Positions 1-10,583 are shown, counted from the first letter of the stretch. The stretch is DNA of 64,000 bases from Escherichia coli (GCF_051903065.1 NZ_CP178438.1); one strand, 5' to 3'. Made by a program: numbers and translations. Notes: generated by a model from the sequence alone, not told the origin.

Positions 1-1291
1 CCCACATGCTCAACATAGAAACCCACATAGCGTAACGGGCGTCACGAGCCCCCTTAAATCCAGCGGGTAGCACCCATGAGGCGGACCAAATAGGCATAAA
101 TAAAGCATTTAGCCAAATCAGAATCACAACGACATGTTTAACCTGTGGATCCTGGGTGTAAAACGATGCCATAACCCCGGCAAAGGGAGCCGTTAGCCAG
201 GCGATGGCCGTTAATCCAAGAGTGGAAAGCCAGAACACATGCCGCAACTGAATCTCTGCTTGCGCTATCTGCCCTACCCCCAACCTTCGGCCTGTAATGA
301 TCGTAGAAGCAGAGCCGAGCGCACTTCCGGGTAAGTTGATAAGAGCCGCAATTGAAAACGCGATAAAATTTCCGGCAATAACACTGGTCCCCATCCCGGC
401 AACGAACATTTGGGTTAATAACCGACCACTGGTAAATAACACTGATTCGACACTCGCTGGAATACCAATCCCCATGACTTCCCAGATAATGCTAAAATTC
501 AGCGGTTTAAAATAGCTCTTTAACGAAATCCTTAGCGCAGGATTAAAACCAATCGCCAGCACCCACAAAATTGCAACTGCGCCAATATAACGAGAAATGG
601 TTAAACCCAACCCAGCCCCGACAAATCCCAGTCCCGGCCAGGAGAAAAGGCCGTAAATCAATATGCCGCTAATAATAATATTAAGAATATTCAGGCTACC
701 GTTAATCAGTAGCGGTATTTTCGTATTCCCTGCACCACGAAGTGCCCCGCTACCAATTAGAGTGATGGCAGCTGCTGGATAACTGAGTACCGTCAGCTCC
801 AGATAAGTCAACGCCAGTGCTTTAACTTCTGTCGTGGCATCACCCGCGACGAAATCAATAATTTGTTCGCCAAAATGATGAATAAGCGTTGCCAACAGTA
901 CGGCAAACAACGTCATGATCACCAATGACTGCCGCGTCGCCACCCTCGCTCGTCGTCGATCCCGCTTACCGAGACTAAATGCCACAACGACAGTAGTACC
1001 AAGATCGATAGCAGCAAAAAAAGCCATAATGACCATATTGAAGCTGTCCGCCAATCCCACGCCGGCCATCGCATCTTTTCCCAGCCAGCTGACCAGAAAA
1101 GTGCTCAGGACACCCATCAACAGGACACAGGCATTCTCCATGAAGATAGGAACAGCAAGCGGGGTTATCTCGCGCCAGAACAACACTTTGTAGCTCTTGC
1201 GTTTAGCGTGCCAGCGAGTGCCGTGAACAACCTGGCGTAAAGCAGAGGAGATATTCAAAGCCGACCTTAATTGCAAAAAGTGAAACCACAT
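1..1291 (-). CDS. yeeO: MATE-family efflux transporter, partial (C-terminus lies beyond window start)
   Basis: Minus-strand frame open from window edge to ATG at ~1289-1291; N-terminus MWFHFLQLRSALNISSALRQ..., hydrophobic multi-TM translation. Absent from ORF track because it runs off the edge. Confidence 0.8.
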   Translation of the reverse strand, partial: MWFHFLQLRSALNISSALRQVVHGTRWHAKRKSYKVLFWREITPLAVPIFMENACVLLMGVLSTFLVSWLGKDAMAGVGLADSFNMVIMAFFAAIDLGTTVVVAFSLGKRDRRRARVATRQSLVIMTLFAVLLATLIHHFGEQIIDFVAGDATTEVKALALTYLELTVLSYPAAAITLIGSGALRGAGNTKIPLLINGSLNILNIIISGILIYGLFSWPGLGFVGAGLGLTISRYIGAVAILWVLAIGFNPALRISLKSYFKPLNFSIIWEVMGIGIPASVESVLFTSGRLLTQMFVAGMGTSVIAGNFIAFSIAALINLPGSALGSASTIITGRRLGVGQIAQAEIQLRHVFWLSTLGLTAIAWLTAPFAGVMASFYTQDPQVKHVVVILIWLNALFMPIWSASWVLPAGFKGARDARYAMWVSMLSMW

Positions 1292-1451
1292 TTCAAATAA
1301 TGAGGGAGAATCAGCAAAGCTGCAAAGATTTTCGCCAACAAATTGTCTGCAAATGCAACAAACTGTTGATAGAAACGGCAAACAGTTGGGGAATTTAAAA
1401 ATCGGGTTTGACAAAAGATTTTTCGCCGTTAAGATGTGCCTCAACAGCGAT

Positions 1452-1527
1452 TCCTCTGTAGTTCAGTCGGTAGAACGGCGGACTGTTAATCCGTATGTCA
1501 CTGGTTCGAGTCCAGTCAGAGGAGCCA
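1452..1527 (+). tRNA. asnU: tRNA-Asn (anticodon GTT)
   Basis: 76-nt sequence TCCTCTGTAGTTCAGTCGGTAGAACGGCGGACTGTTAATCCG...GGAGCCA matches the E. coli tRNA-Asn cloverleaf with GTT in the anticodon loop. Which asn locus name applies is inferred from neighbours. Confidence 0.93.
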
Positions 1528-1536
1528 AATTTCTGA

Positions 1537-1564
1537 AAAGCCCGCTTTTATAGCGGGCTTTTTG
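1537..1564 (+). terminator. Rho-independent terminator after tRNA-Asn (possibly bidirectional, also downstream of cbl)
   Basis: GC stem AGCCCGC...GCGGGCT followed by TTTTT. Confidence 0.65.
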
Positions 1565-2515
1565 CTATATCTGATAATCAATTTCCTCTTCACTGTTTTC
1601 CATCACCTGCCGCTTGATATCCTCAACTGAAAGTCCTGCATTACAAAGTTCCAGAAAGCGCCAGACATAGTTACGCTGAAGTTGTCCTCGCTTCAGTCCC
1701 AACCAGACAGTATTAGCATCAAAAAGATGCCGCGTATCCAGGCGGATTAAATTCTTTTCCTCTTGTTCACCGCTGGATTGTTCGGCAACTATTCCGATCC
1801 CAAGCCCAAGAGCAACATAGGTTTTAATGACATCAGAATCCTGCGCACTTAATACAATATCTGCCAGCAAACCTTTGCGGGCAAATGCGTCATCAATACG
1901 TGAGCGCCCCGTAATCCCCTGTCGGTAAGTGATTAACGGCCACTTCGCTATTGATTCCAGCGTCAATGGTGTAATTTGCGTCAAGGGATGATCGAGTGGA
2001 ACAAGCAAACTATGGTGCCAACGAAACCACGGGAAGGCGACGAGCTGCGGGTCATTACTCAAACGCTCGCTGGCGATACCAATATCAGCTTCACCATTAT
2101 GCAACAACGTCGCAATTTCCTGTGGCGTCCCCTGGATTAGCTCGAGCCGAACCTCCGGGAAAAGTTCGCGAAAAGCTTTAATGACCTCTGGCAAGCTATA
2201 ACGTGCCTGAGTATGCGTCGTTGCAATAGTGAGAACGCCAGACGTATCGTTGGTAAACAGGTCTGCAAGCCGACGAACATTACTGGCTTCATTGAGAATA
2301 CGTTCTGCAATGACCAGTAATGCTTTGCCCGGTTCAGTCATGCCCAGCAGTCGCTTACCTCGTCGAACAAATATTTCGATGCCAAGTTCATCCTCCAGTT
2401 CCCGAATATGACGGCTGACGCCTGACTGTGAGGTAAAAAGCATATTCGCAACCTCTGTCAGGTTGTAATCCTGACGTGCAGCCTCGCGGATTATCTTTAG
2501 TTGTTGGAAATTCAC
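1565..2515 (-). CDS. cbl: LysR-family transcriptional regulator Cbl (sulfonate-sulfur utilisation)
   Basis: 316-aa ORF with N-terminal HTH (MNFQQLKIIREAAR...) and LysR substrate-binding domain; position beside nac; start codon appears to be GTG. Confidence 0.88.
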   Translation of the reverse strand: MNFQQLKIIREAARQDYNLTEVANMLFTSQSGVSRHIRELEDELGIEIFVRRGKRLLGMTEPGKALLVIAERILNEASNVRRLADLFTNDTSGVLTIATTHTQARYSLPEVIKAFRELFPEVRLELIQGTPQEIATLLHNGEADIGIASERLSNDPQLVAFPWFRWHHSLLVPLDHPLTQITPLTLESIAKWPLITYRQGITGRSRIDDAFARKGLLADIVLSAQDSDVIKTYVALGLGIGIVAEQSSGEQEEKNLIRLDTRHLFDANTVWLGLKRGQLQRNYVWRFLELCNAGLSVEDIKRQVMENSEEEIDYQI

Positions 2516-2616
2516 GGTAAACTCCGGGCAGTTCAGATTTCCCGTTATTGTTAAAGTCTAATGCCCGGCATAACAAATAATAAAAACCCGCATCTTATTC
2601 CATCCCGATATAACGC

Positions 2617-3534
2617 TTAGCTCACCAATTGCCACTGCCTTTTTTCCATCACTGGAGAACTAATCACTGACATTAACAACTCTTTCACTGCCTGTGCCTG
2701 TGGTGACAAGTTCGCTCTGGCGGGTAAATTTAATGACAAAGAGAGACTCATGGAAGGAGTGGTAATGCGTGACATCCACCCGTTTACTGCGCCACATAAC
2801 GAACGCGCGGCCGATTCAGGTAATACTGCAACGCCCATGCCGCTGGCAATCGCTGCGGTAAGCGTGGCAATAGACTCAATTTCACCAATGACTTTTGCCG
2901 TGAGTCGCCGTAGGGAAAACGCCTCATCAACACGAAGTCTAACAGCGCTGTAATCACTGGGGAGAAAGAGGTTCATTTGTGCAATAGCATTAACATCAAC
3001 GCTTTGCCCCGGGCAATCTTGAGTTCCTACCAGGAAAAGATCTTCTTTCAGCAAAGCCTGACTGGATACCCCAGCCACAGGGGAATGCTCATAAATCACC
3101 GCCATATCGAGTTGGTGATTTATCAGTTTTTCGTTAAGCACTGCACCGCTATTTTCATGAAGATAGATAACGATCTCCGGGAATTCAGCGCGAACCGCCT
3201 GTAATAAGGGCATGGTGATGGATGACGCAGCGGTTCCTGGCGCAAAGCCAATCGAGACTTGCCCCGATAATGCCTGACCAACGTTATGCACCGCCAGTTG
3301 GGCCTGCTCACACTGACGTAAAATGGCCCGCGCATGGGTATAGAGAATTTTTCCGGCGTCTGTTGGCGTAACGCCCCGTTTTGTGCGAATCAAAAGTTGT
3401 TGATTTAACTCACCTTCCAGTGTGGCAACCTGCTGGCTGAGCGCTGGTTGTGCGATATGCAATACTTCAGCAGCCTGAGTCAGGCTACCAATATCTACAA
3501 TTTTTACGAAGTATTTCAGGCGTCTGAAGTTCAT
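2617..3534 (-). CDS. nac: Nitrogen assimilation control protein Nac (LysR family)
   Basis: ORF with internal ATG at 3532-3534 giving MNFRRLKYFVKIVDIGSLTQAAEVLHIAQPALSQQV...; the track ORF is extended 10 codons upstream. Confidence 0.88.
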   Translation of the reverse strand: MNFRRLKYFVKIVDIGSLTQAAEVLHIAQPALSQQVATLEGELNQQLLIRTKRGVTPTDAGKILYTHARAILRQCEQAQLAVHNVGQALSGQVSIGFAPGTAASSITMPLLQAVRAEFPEIVIYLHENSGAVLNEKLINHQLDMAVIYEHSPVAGVSSQALLKEDLFLVGTQDCPGQSVDVNAIAQMNLFLPSDYSAVRLRVDEAFSLRRLTAKVIGEIESIATLTAAIASGMGVAVLPESAARSLCGAVNGWMSRITTPSMSLSLSLNLPARANLSPQAQAVKELLMSVISSPVMEKRQWQLVS

Positions 3535-3586
3535 GTTGCCTCCGGTTTTTAAGAATCGGCCCAAGTGCCGCCATTACTTACAACCA

Positions 3587-3606
3587 GATTGCAAGATGCT
3601 TGCCAG
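3587..3606 (-). promoter_or_regulatory. Candidate sigma-54 (-24/-12) promoter of nac
   Basis: Minus-strand reads CTGGCAAGCATCTTGCAAT, i.e. TGGCAA-N5-TTGCA, a close match to consensus TGGCAC-N5-TTGCA, about 50 nt upstream of the nac start. Confidence 0.5.
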
Positions 3607-3860
3607 TTTTATTTTGGCGTTGATGTACAAGCTAACCAACTGTCAAATAAGAGATTATGATAGATTCGTCATTTGCTCCTTTAATCAGCTGTCGCGTTCC
3701 CCTGCCCTATAAAAGGAGGGTATGCACCACGATGGTTCATTACCCAATAAGATTGAAAGCTCACCACTTTGTTGAAATTGACAGCAAACAAACAAAAAAA
3801 TGCATTTCACCCTTTGACATCACCATGCACTGCCATTAATATGCGCCCCGTTCACACGAT

Positions 3861-3936
3861 TCCTCTGTAGTTCAGTCGGTAGAACGGCGGACTGTTAATC
3901 CGTATGTCACTGGTTCGAGTCCAGTCAGAGGAGCCA
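3861..3936 (+). tRNA. asnV: tRNA-Asn (anticodon GTT)
   Basis: Identical 76-nt tRNA-Asn sequence to the copy at 1452-1527. Confidence 0.93.
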
Positions 3937-3942
3937 AATTCA

Positions 3943-3973
3943 AAAAAGCCTGCTTTCTAGCAGGCTTTTTGCT
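3943..3973 (+). terminator. Rho-independent terminator after tRNA-Asn
   Basis: Stem AAGCCTGCT...AGCAGGCTT followed by TTTTGCTTT; a diverged copy of the 1537-1564 terminator. Confidence 0.65.
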
Positions 3974-3991
3974 TTCTAATTACCAACGCTC

Positions 3992-4924
3992 TTAAAACAT
4001 CTGTCTTGAACCAGAACTAATTTGCACAGGCATTCCCGATCGACGTTGCAACGCAGCATTTGCGCGATTCACATCAACTTCTTGCCCGTTGATAAACGCC
4101 CGCAAAGATGGGGTTACCGGCAATGGCACTTTTCGGTCAGACTCATATTCTGCACGATTGCGCGACAACGGCTCATGAACTTCCAGCCAGTTCGAGCCAT
4201 CTGGTTCAGTGGTGTATTTTACTGGCTGGTCGATAATTTGCACACGCGTCCCAACAGGAACATTATCAAACAGATATTTGATATCGTCATTGCGCAGACG
4301 AATACAGCCCTGACTTACCCGAAGTCCAATACCAAAATTGGCATTGGTACCGTGGATGGCATACAACCTGCCAATATAAATCGCGTACAGCCCCATGGGA
4401 TTATCGGGCCCCGCAGGAACAAATGCGGGCAAACTCTCCCCTCGTTTCGCATATTCGCGCCGAGTGTTCGGCGTTGGCGTCCAGGTTGGAGCTTCTTGTT
4501 TACGTTCAACGGTAGTCACCCAGTTACGCGGGGTTTCTCGCCCAGCCTGGCCGATACCAATAGGAAAGACTTCCACAGTATTACTGTCTGGCGGGTAGTA
4601 ATAAAGACGCATCTCAGCGACGTTAACCACAATCCCTTTACGAACAGTGGCGGGCAAAATCAGTTGCTGCGGAATGGTGAGTTGTGAGCCGGACTTCGGC
4701 AAGAAAACATCAACGCCCGGGTTCGCTTCCAGCATGTTACTTAACCCTTGCCCGTATTGTGCGGCAAAAGTCTCCAGCGGCTGGGTATTGTGATCAGGAA
4801 CAGTTACAGTAAGCGACTGCCCCACTAAACGGCTACCCTCTGGAGGTAATGGATAAGTTACCGCCAGGCTAGTATGGCTGGCAAAAAGCAGAGCAAATGA
4901 GCAAAGAATATTTACACGACGCAT
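3992..4924 (-). CDS. ldtA: L,D-transpeptidase (YkuD/ErfK family), signal peptide
   Basis: Translation [21 protein letters not shown]... with the catalytic region ...[20 protein letters not shown]...; lies beside cobT. Confidence 0.85.
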   Translation of the reverse strand: MRRVNILCSFALLFASHTSLAVTYPLPPEGSRLVGQSLTVTVPDHNTQPLETFAAQYGQGLSNMLEANPGVDVFLPKSGSQLTIPQQLILPATVRKGIVVNVAEMRLYYYPPDSNTVEVFPIGIGQAGRETPRNWVTTVERKQEAPTWTPTPNTRREYAKRGESLPAFVPAGPDNPMGLYAIYIGRLYAIHGTNANFGIGLRVSQGCIRLRNDDIKYLFDNVPVGTRVQIIDQPVKYTTEPDGSNWLEVHEPLSRNRAEYESDRKVPLPVTPSLRAFINGQEVDVNRANAALQRRSGMPVQISSGSRQMF

Positions 4925-4988
4925 CATGTCCCTTTCCTATGTCGCGAAAGCTATCCGTTAAGTATAGCTTTTATCAGACTTTTCGTTT

Positions 4989-6068
4989 TTAACTGTTCAA
5001 ATCAGAAGTCGTATTCCCCGGTAGAACAATATTACTGGCAGCAAGTTCGCCCATGTTGTTATATATCGCACAGGCAGCTTCGATGATGGGCATCGCCAGA
5101 GCTGCGCCACTCCCCTCACCTAAACGCATCTCCATATCGAGATAAGGCTCCAGCCCCAAATGCGACAGCGCTATACGCGCCCCTTTTTCTGCCGACAGGT
5201 GAGAAGGAATGAGATACGGTTTGATTGCAGGAGACATCTGGCAGGCTGCGAGCGCAGCAGCATAAGAAAGAAATCCATCCAGCAACACGGGTAAACCGCA
5301 GGAAGCAGCGCCTAACATCACGCCAGCCATTCCGACCAAATCAAATCCACCCACTTTTGCCAGAACATCAACGCCATCCTGCGGATTTGGTTGATTCAAC
5401 GTAATCGCCCGGCGCACAACATCAATTTTATTAGCCAGTTTATCTGTCGGCAGGTTTGCGCCAATCCCAACCACTTCTTCAGGATCCCGGCCAGTGATTG
5501 TGCTGACTATTGCTGCTGCCGGTGTCGTGTTTGCCATCCCCAGTTCACCTACACCAAACAGCGTGACACCATTTTTTGCCAGCTCCCGCGTATAACATAT
5601 GACGTCCAAAAGCAACTTTTCAGCCTGACGGCGACTCATTGCCGGAGCTGAAGCAATATTGCCGCTACCTCGTGCGACACGCATGTTGATAAGTCCGGGG
5701 ATAGGCTCAGCACTATCAATACCAACATCAACTACGTGGACGTTAGCGCCCGCTTGTGCTGCCAGCACACACACGCCGGTTGTTCCGCGGGTCATATTTT
5801 CAGCCTGAATGGCTGTCACTTCTTTTGGGGAAATAGCGACCCCTTCCTCCCAGACGCCGTGATCGGCACACATAACCAGTACCGCTTTTTTGCCCACATG
5901 CGGTATGCCATTCAACCCCGGCATTCCCGCCAGTTGTATGGCAAGCGCCTCCAGCCTTCCCAGGCTACCAACAGGTTTGAGTAACCCGTCAATATGCCGT
6001 TGTGCACGCGACATAGCGGCAGGATCGATAGCAGGGATCGTATTCAGTAAATCGGCAAGTGTTTGCAT
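4989..6068 (-). CDS. cobT: Nicotinate-nucleotide--dimethylbenzimidazole phosphoribosyltransferase
   Basis: 359-aa [35 protein letters not shown]...; ATG start confirmed on the minus strand. Confidence 0.9.
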   Translation of the reverse strand: MQTLADLLNTIPAIDPAAMSRAQRHIDGLLKPVGSLGRLEALAIQLAGMPGLNGIPHVGKKAVLVMCADHGVWEEGVAISPKEVTAIQAENMTRGTTGVCVLAAQAGANVHVVDVGIDSAEPIPGLINMRVARGSGNIASAPAMSRRQAEKLLLDVICYTRELAKNGVTLFGVGELGMANTTPAAAIVSTITGRDPEEVVGIGANLPTDKLANKIDVVRRAITLNQPNPQDGVDVLAKVGGFDLVGMAGVMLGAASCGLPVLLDGFLSYAAALAACQMSPAIKPYLIPSHLSAEKGARIALSHLGLEPYLDMEMRLGEGSGAALAMPIIEAACAIYNNMGELAASNIVLPGNTTSDLNS

Positions 6069-6079
6069 GTCACGTCTCT

Positions 6080-6823
6080 TTATAGCAGTGCCAGCAGGAA
6101 GACCAGTTCACCAAGCTCTATAGCAGCTCCCAGCGTATCGCCGGTTTGCCCGCCCAGCGTACGTTTGAGAAGCTGACCGAGGATGAAAATCGCCACCATC
6201 GTCACCACCATAGCAGCCACACCATGCATACCCGGCAATAATACGGCAGCAAAAATAGCGGCTAAGCCGAGTGTGACGCAGGTTTGTCGCCCATCAATTT
6301 TGCCAATGAACACATTGCCAAGCCCTTCTTCCCGGGCATAACGATGACGATACATCAATAATGCGGCAGTCCCGCGGCTGACCGCACATGCTGCCGCCAG
6401 CGATGCAAGGATCGGTTCGCCACGCAGAGCCAACTCGCTTAACACCAGAATCTTTGCCAGTACAACAAAAATCAATGCCAGACCGCCGTGGGTGCCTAAA
6501 CGGCTATCACGCATGATTTCCAACATGCGATCGCGGCTACGTGCAGAAAATACACCATCACAGGTATCGGCGAGGCCGTCCAGGTGGAATCCCCCGGTCA
6601 TCAGCGCCAGCACAAGTACGCTAAACAGTGCCGCCAGTGGTACGCCACACCATGCCTGCAGCACCATGAAGACCAGCCCGCTAATCGCGCCAAGCAATAA
6701 TCCAATTAAAGGAAAAGTAATAATACCGCGAGAATAATGCTCGAAATCCAGTCCCTGGGACCAGCGACGCGGTACAGGCAGACGCGTAATAAATGAGAGC
6801 ATCGCCCAAAATAATTTACTCAT
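6080..6823 (-). CDS. cobS: Adenosylcobinamide-GDP ribazoletransferase (cobalamin synthase)
   Basis: Hydrophobic membrane protein [18 protein letters not shown]...; start overlaps the cobU stop (ATGA). Confidence 0.88.
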   Translation of the reverse strand: MSKLFWAMLSFITRLPVPRRWSQGLDFEHYSRGIITFPLIGLLLGAISGLVFMVLQAWCGVPLAALFSVLVLALMTGGFHLDGLADTCDGVFSARSRDRMLEIMRDSRLGTHGGLALIFVVLAKILVLSELALRGEPILASLAAACAVSRGTAALLMYRHRYAREEGLGNVFIGKIDGRQTCVTLGLAAIFAAVLLPGMHGVAAMVVTMVAIFILGQLLKRTLGGQTGDTLGAAIELGELVFLLALL

Positions 6824-7365
6824 TTGATTTTTACTCCAATACCCGAAACCACCAGCCATACTTCATTAGCCGCAGCGGCCAGCTGCTGATTTACCCGCCC
6901 GGCAATATCACGAAAATGACGTGCCAGACGACTCTCCGGCACAATCCCCATTCCCACTTCGTTAGTCACTAATACAACCTTTGCGGGGCAACGTTGGCAG
7001 GCAGCAATCAACGACTGAATCTCAGCATTAATCGCCTGTTCCAGCGCCTGATAATCCCATTCATCAGGGTCTTTATCGCCGCCATAATCAAACAACAGAT
7101 TAGTCACCATTGTGGTAACGCATTCCAGCAACACAGCCTCATGCGGGTTAATGTCTGCATGAATTAATTGATCAAGATGTTGCCAGCGCTCCACTGTGTG
7201 CCAGTGCGCCGGGCGGCCTTGCCGATGATGTTCTATCCGTGCAGCCATCTCATCATCAAGGATTTGTGAGGTGGCGATATACAGAACCTGTGAAGAATCC
7301 CCAATAAGCGCCTCTGCATGGCGACTCTTCCCGCTCCGTGCGCCCCCCGTCACCAAAATCATCAT
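6820..7365 (-). CDS. cobU: Adenosylcobinamide kinase / adenosylcobinamide-phosphate guanylyltransferase
   Basis: 181-aa ORF with P-loop GGARSGKS; first gene of the cobUST unit. Confidence 0.9.
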   Translation of the reverse strand: MMILVTGGARSGKSRHAEALIGDSSQVLYIATSQILDDEMAARIEHHRQGRPAHWHTVERWQHLDQLIHADINPHEAVLLECVTTMVTNLLFDYGGDKDPDEWDYQALEQAINAEIQSLIAACQRCPAKVVLVTNEVGMGIVPESRLARHFRDIAGRVNQQLAAAANEVWLVVSGIGVKIK

Positions 7366-7498
7366 ACCGACTCCTGATTCAATTGTATGATGGTATTCAT
7401 TGAACAGAACAATGGATCCCCCACCGTTGCTGACCGCAAAACATTTACGCGATTAATACTGCGCGTAATATAATTAAAAATCCAGCATTCTCAATCCA

Positions 7499-7858
7499 TT
7501 ACGAAAGAAGATGGCATTGTGGAATAGCCAGACTTCCTCGTGTTAACGTCCGACAAAATGCGTCATTGACAGCGGTTTCTCTGGAATGACAGATTTCATT
7601 CAGATAATGGATTAATGCTACAGCCCCACCAGCCGGACCAGTCAGTAAACGGGCATTGTGTTCTGCAATCAAAATTACCGTCGTTCCCTCAGAATGAGCG
7701 AGCCATTCTGGTACGGATATCTCGCTTTCAGCTGCTATCAATAGCTGCACTGAATAATCGCTATACGCATCTGATAATGATTGCACAGACCCACCGTTAA
7801 GAGGCTGGAAATCTTGCTGCCAGTCCTCACGGATAAAACCGCAGCCTCTACAGTGCAT
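7499..7858 (-). pseudogene. Unassigned 119-aa ORF in a degenerate region; possibly a remnant of the ancestral cbi/pdu locus, or spurious
   Basis: ORF with ATG start directly upstream of cobU on the same strand; no recognisable motif; in Salmonella this position holds cbiP. Confidence 0.25.
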
Positions 7859-8133
7859 TGTTGGTCAGTGCCTGCGAAGCAGACATTATCGCGCTGGTGC
7901 TTAATGCGGACGCACCGTGGTCACCTTTTTCGCCTGGCTTTATCTCGTCAATGAATCGTCCGATCATTGGAGTAGTCACCAAAGCAGATTTAGCCAGCAT
8001 GGAAGAAATATCTTTGGTGAAAGTTTGGTTACGGGAAGCTGGATCGCACAACGTGTTAGTAACCAGTGCGGTTAATAACAATAGAGTTGCAGAACTTTTT
8101 GCCTTGCTTCATACAGAAGATGTCTGTCGCTAA
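7837..8133 (+). pseudogene. EutP/PduV-family GTPase fragment (C-terminal part only, no P-loop)
   Basis: Translation ...[55 protein letters not shown]... resembles the EutP/PduV C-terminal half; the frame is closed by a TAA at 7834-7836, so the N-terminal Walker A region is missing. Confidence 0.5.
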
Positions 8134-8233
8134 TTTCGATAGGTTATCAGATGGGAATGATGACTGTGATACACAGAAAAGAATCAATGAGCAATGAGGG
8201 TTGCCGGGCAACCCTCATTGAATAAAACAGGAA

Positions 8234-8563
8234 TTACTTCGCTTCGCCGTTTTTCATTTCGCCCATAGCTTTCAGCTTCTTGGAGATATCGCGGCGTTCT
8301 TTGGAGAGCTCGGCATTTTTGATGATGTAATCGTCAACGCGATCTTCATAGTCACCTTTCATGCTAGCGATGATGCCCTGGATTGCTTCAACGCTCATCC
8401 CCGGCTTGATGTAATCACTCAGGTTGTCCAGCAACAGGACGCGCTTCTGGTTGTCACGGATCTTTTTCTCAACGTCCTGAATTTCACGTTGCAGTTTGTT
8501 CTTACGACGGAACAGACGAACAAATTCCAGTACGTCCTGGAATGAAGGCTTGGTAGTTTCCAT
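8234..8563 (-). CDS. yeeX: UPF0265/DUF496 family protein
   Basis: Internal ATG at 8561-8563 gives [38 protein letters not shown]... Confidence 0.85.
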   Translation of the reverse strand: METTKPSFQDVLEFVRLFRRKNKLQREIQDVEKKIRDNQKRVLLLDNLSDYIKPGMSVEAIQGIIASMKGDYEDRVDDYIIKNAELSKERRDISKKLKAMGEMKNGEAK

Positions 8564-8734
8564 TTTTATACCCCTGATAATGTGAGAGTCGGATTCGTTT
8601 AAGCAACCGCTATTCGTTAGGGCCAACATTACTCATAGCTGCCGCAGATGACAATGCTTTTATCCCTTTTCACTATCATACCCTTTATCCTTGCTGAATC
8701 GAAGCAGCAGCAAGATGATTCTGAAGTTCAGGAA

Positions 8735-9793
8735 TTATTTGCGCAAGGCCCGGCAAATCAGATTCGATAGCAACTCAAGCTGATGTGCCGTTTCCATGTT
8801 CAGCCACACATAACCATAGATTGGTGTTTCCACAACCTTCAGGTCATGGTGGTTATTGAGCAACTGACGCAGCTCTTCCACAGCATCGTTCAATTTTTCC
8901 GTATTGGCAAAAACCGGCTGCGGATTACCTTCGTACAGCGCATGAACAAGGCTCAGCAGTATTTGCTGCATCATGTGCTGGGTATCACGAAGTTTTTGCG
9001 CGTTCAATAACACGAAATGGCTGGGGCGCGTGGCCCAGTACGCATTGATTTGCAACTCCAGCATACAAACCAGATTGCGATTAATGGTCTGGATACCTTC
9101 ATATATCGATTTTGGAATACGAGTTTCTTTGCTGGCGGGCGCAATCAGCCCACGCATTTTCACGGCATCGGTCAAGAGTTTTTGTAGATGGCTTTCCAGA
9201 CGTGGGCGTTCGAGTAAGTTCGGTGAGAATGCAGATTGATAGACCCGATTATACTCGGTCAGACTTTTCGCCAGTTGAATACGCCAGTGGATGAACGCCC
9301 GTTGTGGCCAGATACCGGTAAACAACATTGCCAGTAAAGAGCCGAGGATCACATCGCCGCTTCGCCATAACGCCGTATCAATTTCACCTGTCGGGGAACC
9401 CACAACAATTGCCAGCGTCACCCCAATCAATAATCCTTGATACGGTTTCTTGCCCAGCGCCAGCCAACCGCAAAGAAACATAGCCGCCGCGCACCAGACT
9501 AACATCAGCGGTAACGAAATTAACTCCAGTTGCAGAGCGATAAGACCTAAAATCGAACCCAACACCGTACCGCCAATACGTTCGAAGGCGCGAGGGACAA
9601 CGTTACCCCAGAACGAGATTGGCCCCATAATCACCACCATGGTGACCAGCGGCCAGGTGCTTTCCGGGATAGTAAACAGGCGGATAATGAGAAAAGTGAG
9701 CAGGAATGCCAGCGCGACCCGAGTACCATGCACAATGCGGTAATGGCGGTATACCCGGATTTCAAACGGGCTTAATGACTTATCGGCACGCAC
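8735..9793 (-). CDS. yeeA: Inner-membrane protein, putative transporter (FUSC/ArAE-like)
   Basis: 352-aa hydrophobic N-terminal half plus soluble C-terminal domain; apparent GTG start. Confidence 0.8.
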   Translation of the reverse strand: MRADKSLSPFEIRVYRHYRIVHGTRVALAFLLTFLIIRLFTIPESTWPLVTMVVIMGPISFWGNVVPRAFERIGGTVLGSILGLIALQLELISLPLMLVWCAAAMFLCGWLALGKKPYQGLLIGVTLAIVVGSPTGEIDTALWRSGDVILGSLLAMLFTGIWPQRAFIHWRIQLAKSLTEYNRVYQSAFSPNLLERPRLESHLQKLLTDAVKMRGLIAPASKETRIPKSIYEGIQTINRNLVCMLELQINAYWATRPSHFVLLNAQKLRDTQHMMQQILLSLVHALYEGNPQPVFANTEKLNDAVEELRQLLNNHHDLKVVETPIYGYVWLNMETAHQLELLSNLICRALRK

Positions 9794-9991
9794 GCAGAAA
9801 CTCCGTAATGAAGATTAAAAGCGCTCATAACTCATCTGTCGGCCAGAAGGCGCGCCTCTGAATTATCCGACGGACAAACCGGGAACAGTGTAATTTCCCG
9901 GCAGGAGCGAAAAAATTGAAAGGCGCATCTTACTCTTTTCGCTTTCAAAAAAAAGAGTGGTCATCGCGTTAACACACCGCCCTGAGATGAA

Positions 9992-10465
9992 TTAGTGATG
10001 TTTTGGCTGCACAGCAACATACATTTCGATATCCCAGTACCCATCTTCCGCGCCATTGTTCAAATAAACCTCGAAGCAGGGCTTTGGTAACATTTCATAA
10101 GCACTGTCCTGCAAGAGGCTATTAAAGAACTGATACCAGGGTTTAGCAAAATCATCACCGACTACACGAGCTACCGCCACCGCATACTGACCACCTGAAA
10201 TTTCTGTCAGAATGACGCCCTCACTGTTTTCGGGAAGCGTAAAGTAACCCGGCACCGTCACGACGGTGTCGCAGCGTAATTTTTCGGCGGGTGTTTCATC
10301 TGGATTGTCGTAATAGACAGCAACCCACTCCTTCGGCACAATATTTTTACTATCTACCCACATCATCAACTGCTCAAAACCTTTCTTTACCGTCTGTTCC
10401 CACGGGCCAACGAGATGGAAACCTGCAACGGTACGTTTATCTTCCTGCTTAATCTCGTAGTTCAT
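9992..10465 (-). CDS. sbmC: DNA gyrase inhibitor (GyrI/SbmC)
   Basis: 157-aa [36 protein letters not shown]... Confidence 0.9.
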   Translation of the reverse strand: MNYEIKQEDKRTVAGFHLVGPWEQTVKKGFEQLMMWVDSKNIVPKEWVAVYYDNPDETPAEKLRCDTVVTVPGYFTLPENSEGVILTEISGGQYAVAVARVVGDDFAKPWYQFFNSLLQDSAYEMLPKPCFEVYLNNGAEDGYWDIEMYVAVQPKHH

Positions 10466-10481
10466 GACGCCTCCATTAATA

Positions 10482-10497
10482 CTGTTTTTATATACAG
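10482..10497 (-). promoter_or_regulatory. Candidate LexA (SOS) box upstream of sbmC
   Basis: CTGTTTTTATATACAG fits CTGT-N8-ACAG, 17 nt upstream of the sbmC start codon. Confidence 0.5.
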
Positions 10498-10583
10498 TAT
10501 AGTTGCAATATTAAAACCACAAGGAATGAGTGTTGATTATGCGAGCAGACTCGCACTCCTGCCAGTCTGCTGCAAAAGAAAGG

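Noticed and set aside
1353-1553. 66-aa plus-strand ORF overlapping tRNA-Asn
   Set aside because: It reads straight through the tRNA gene and its terminator, so it is spurious.
7499-7858. 119-aa minus-strand ORF treated as a functional gene
   Set aside because: It has no recognisable motif and lies in a region that looks like a deletion remnant; it is kept only as a low-confidence pseudogene or remnant call.
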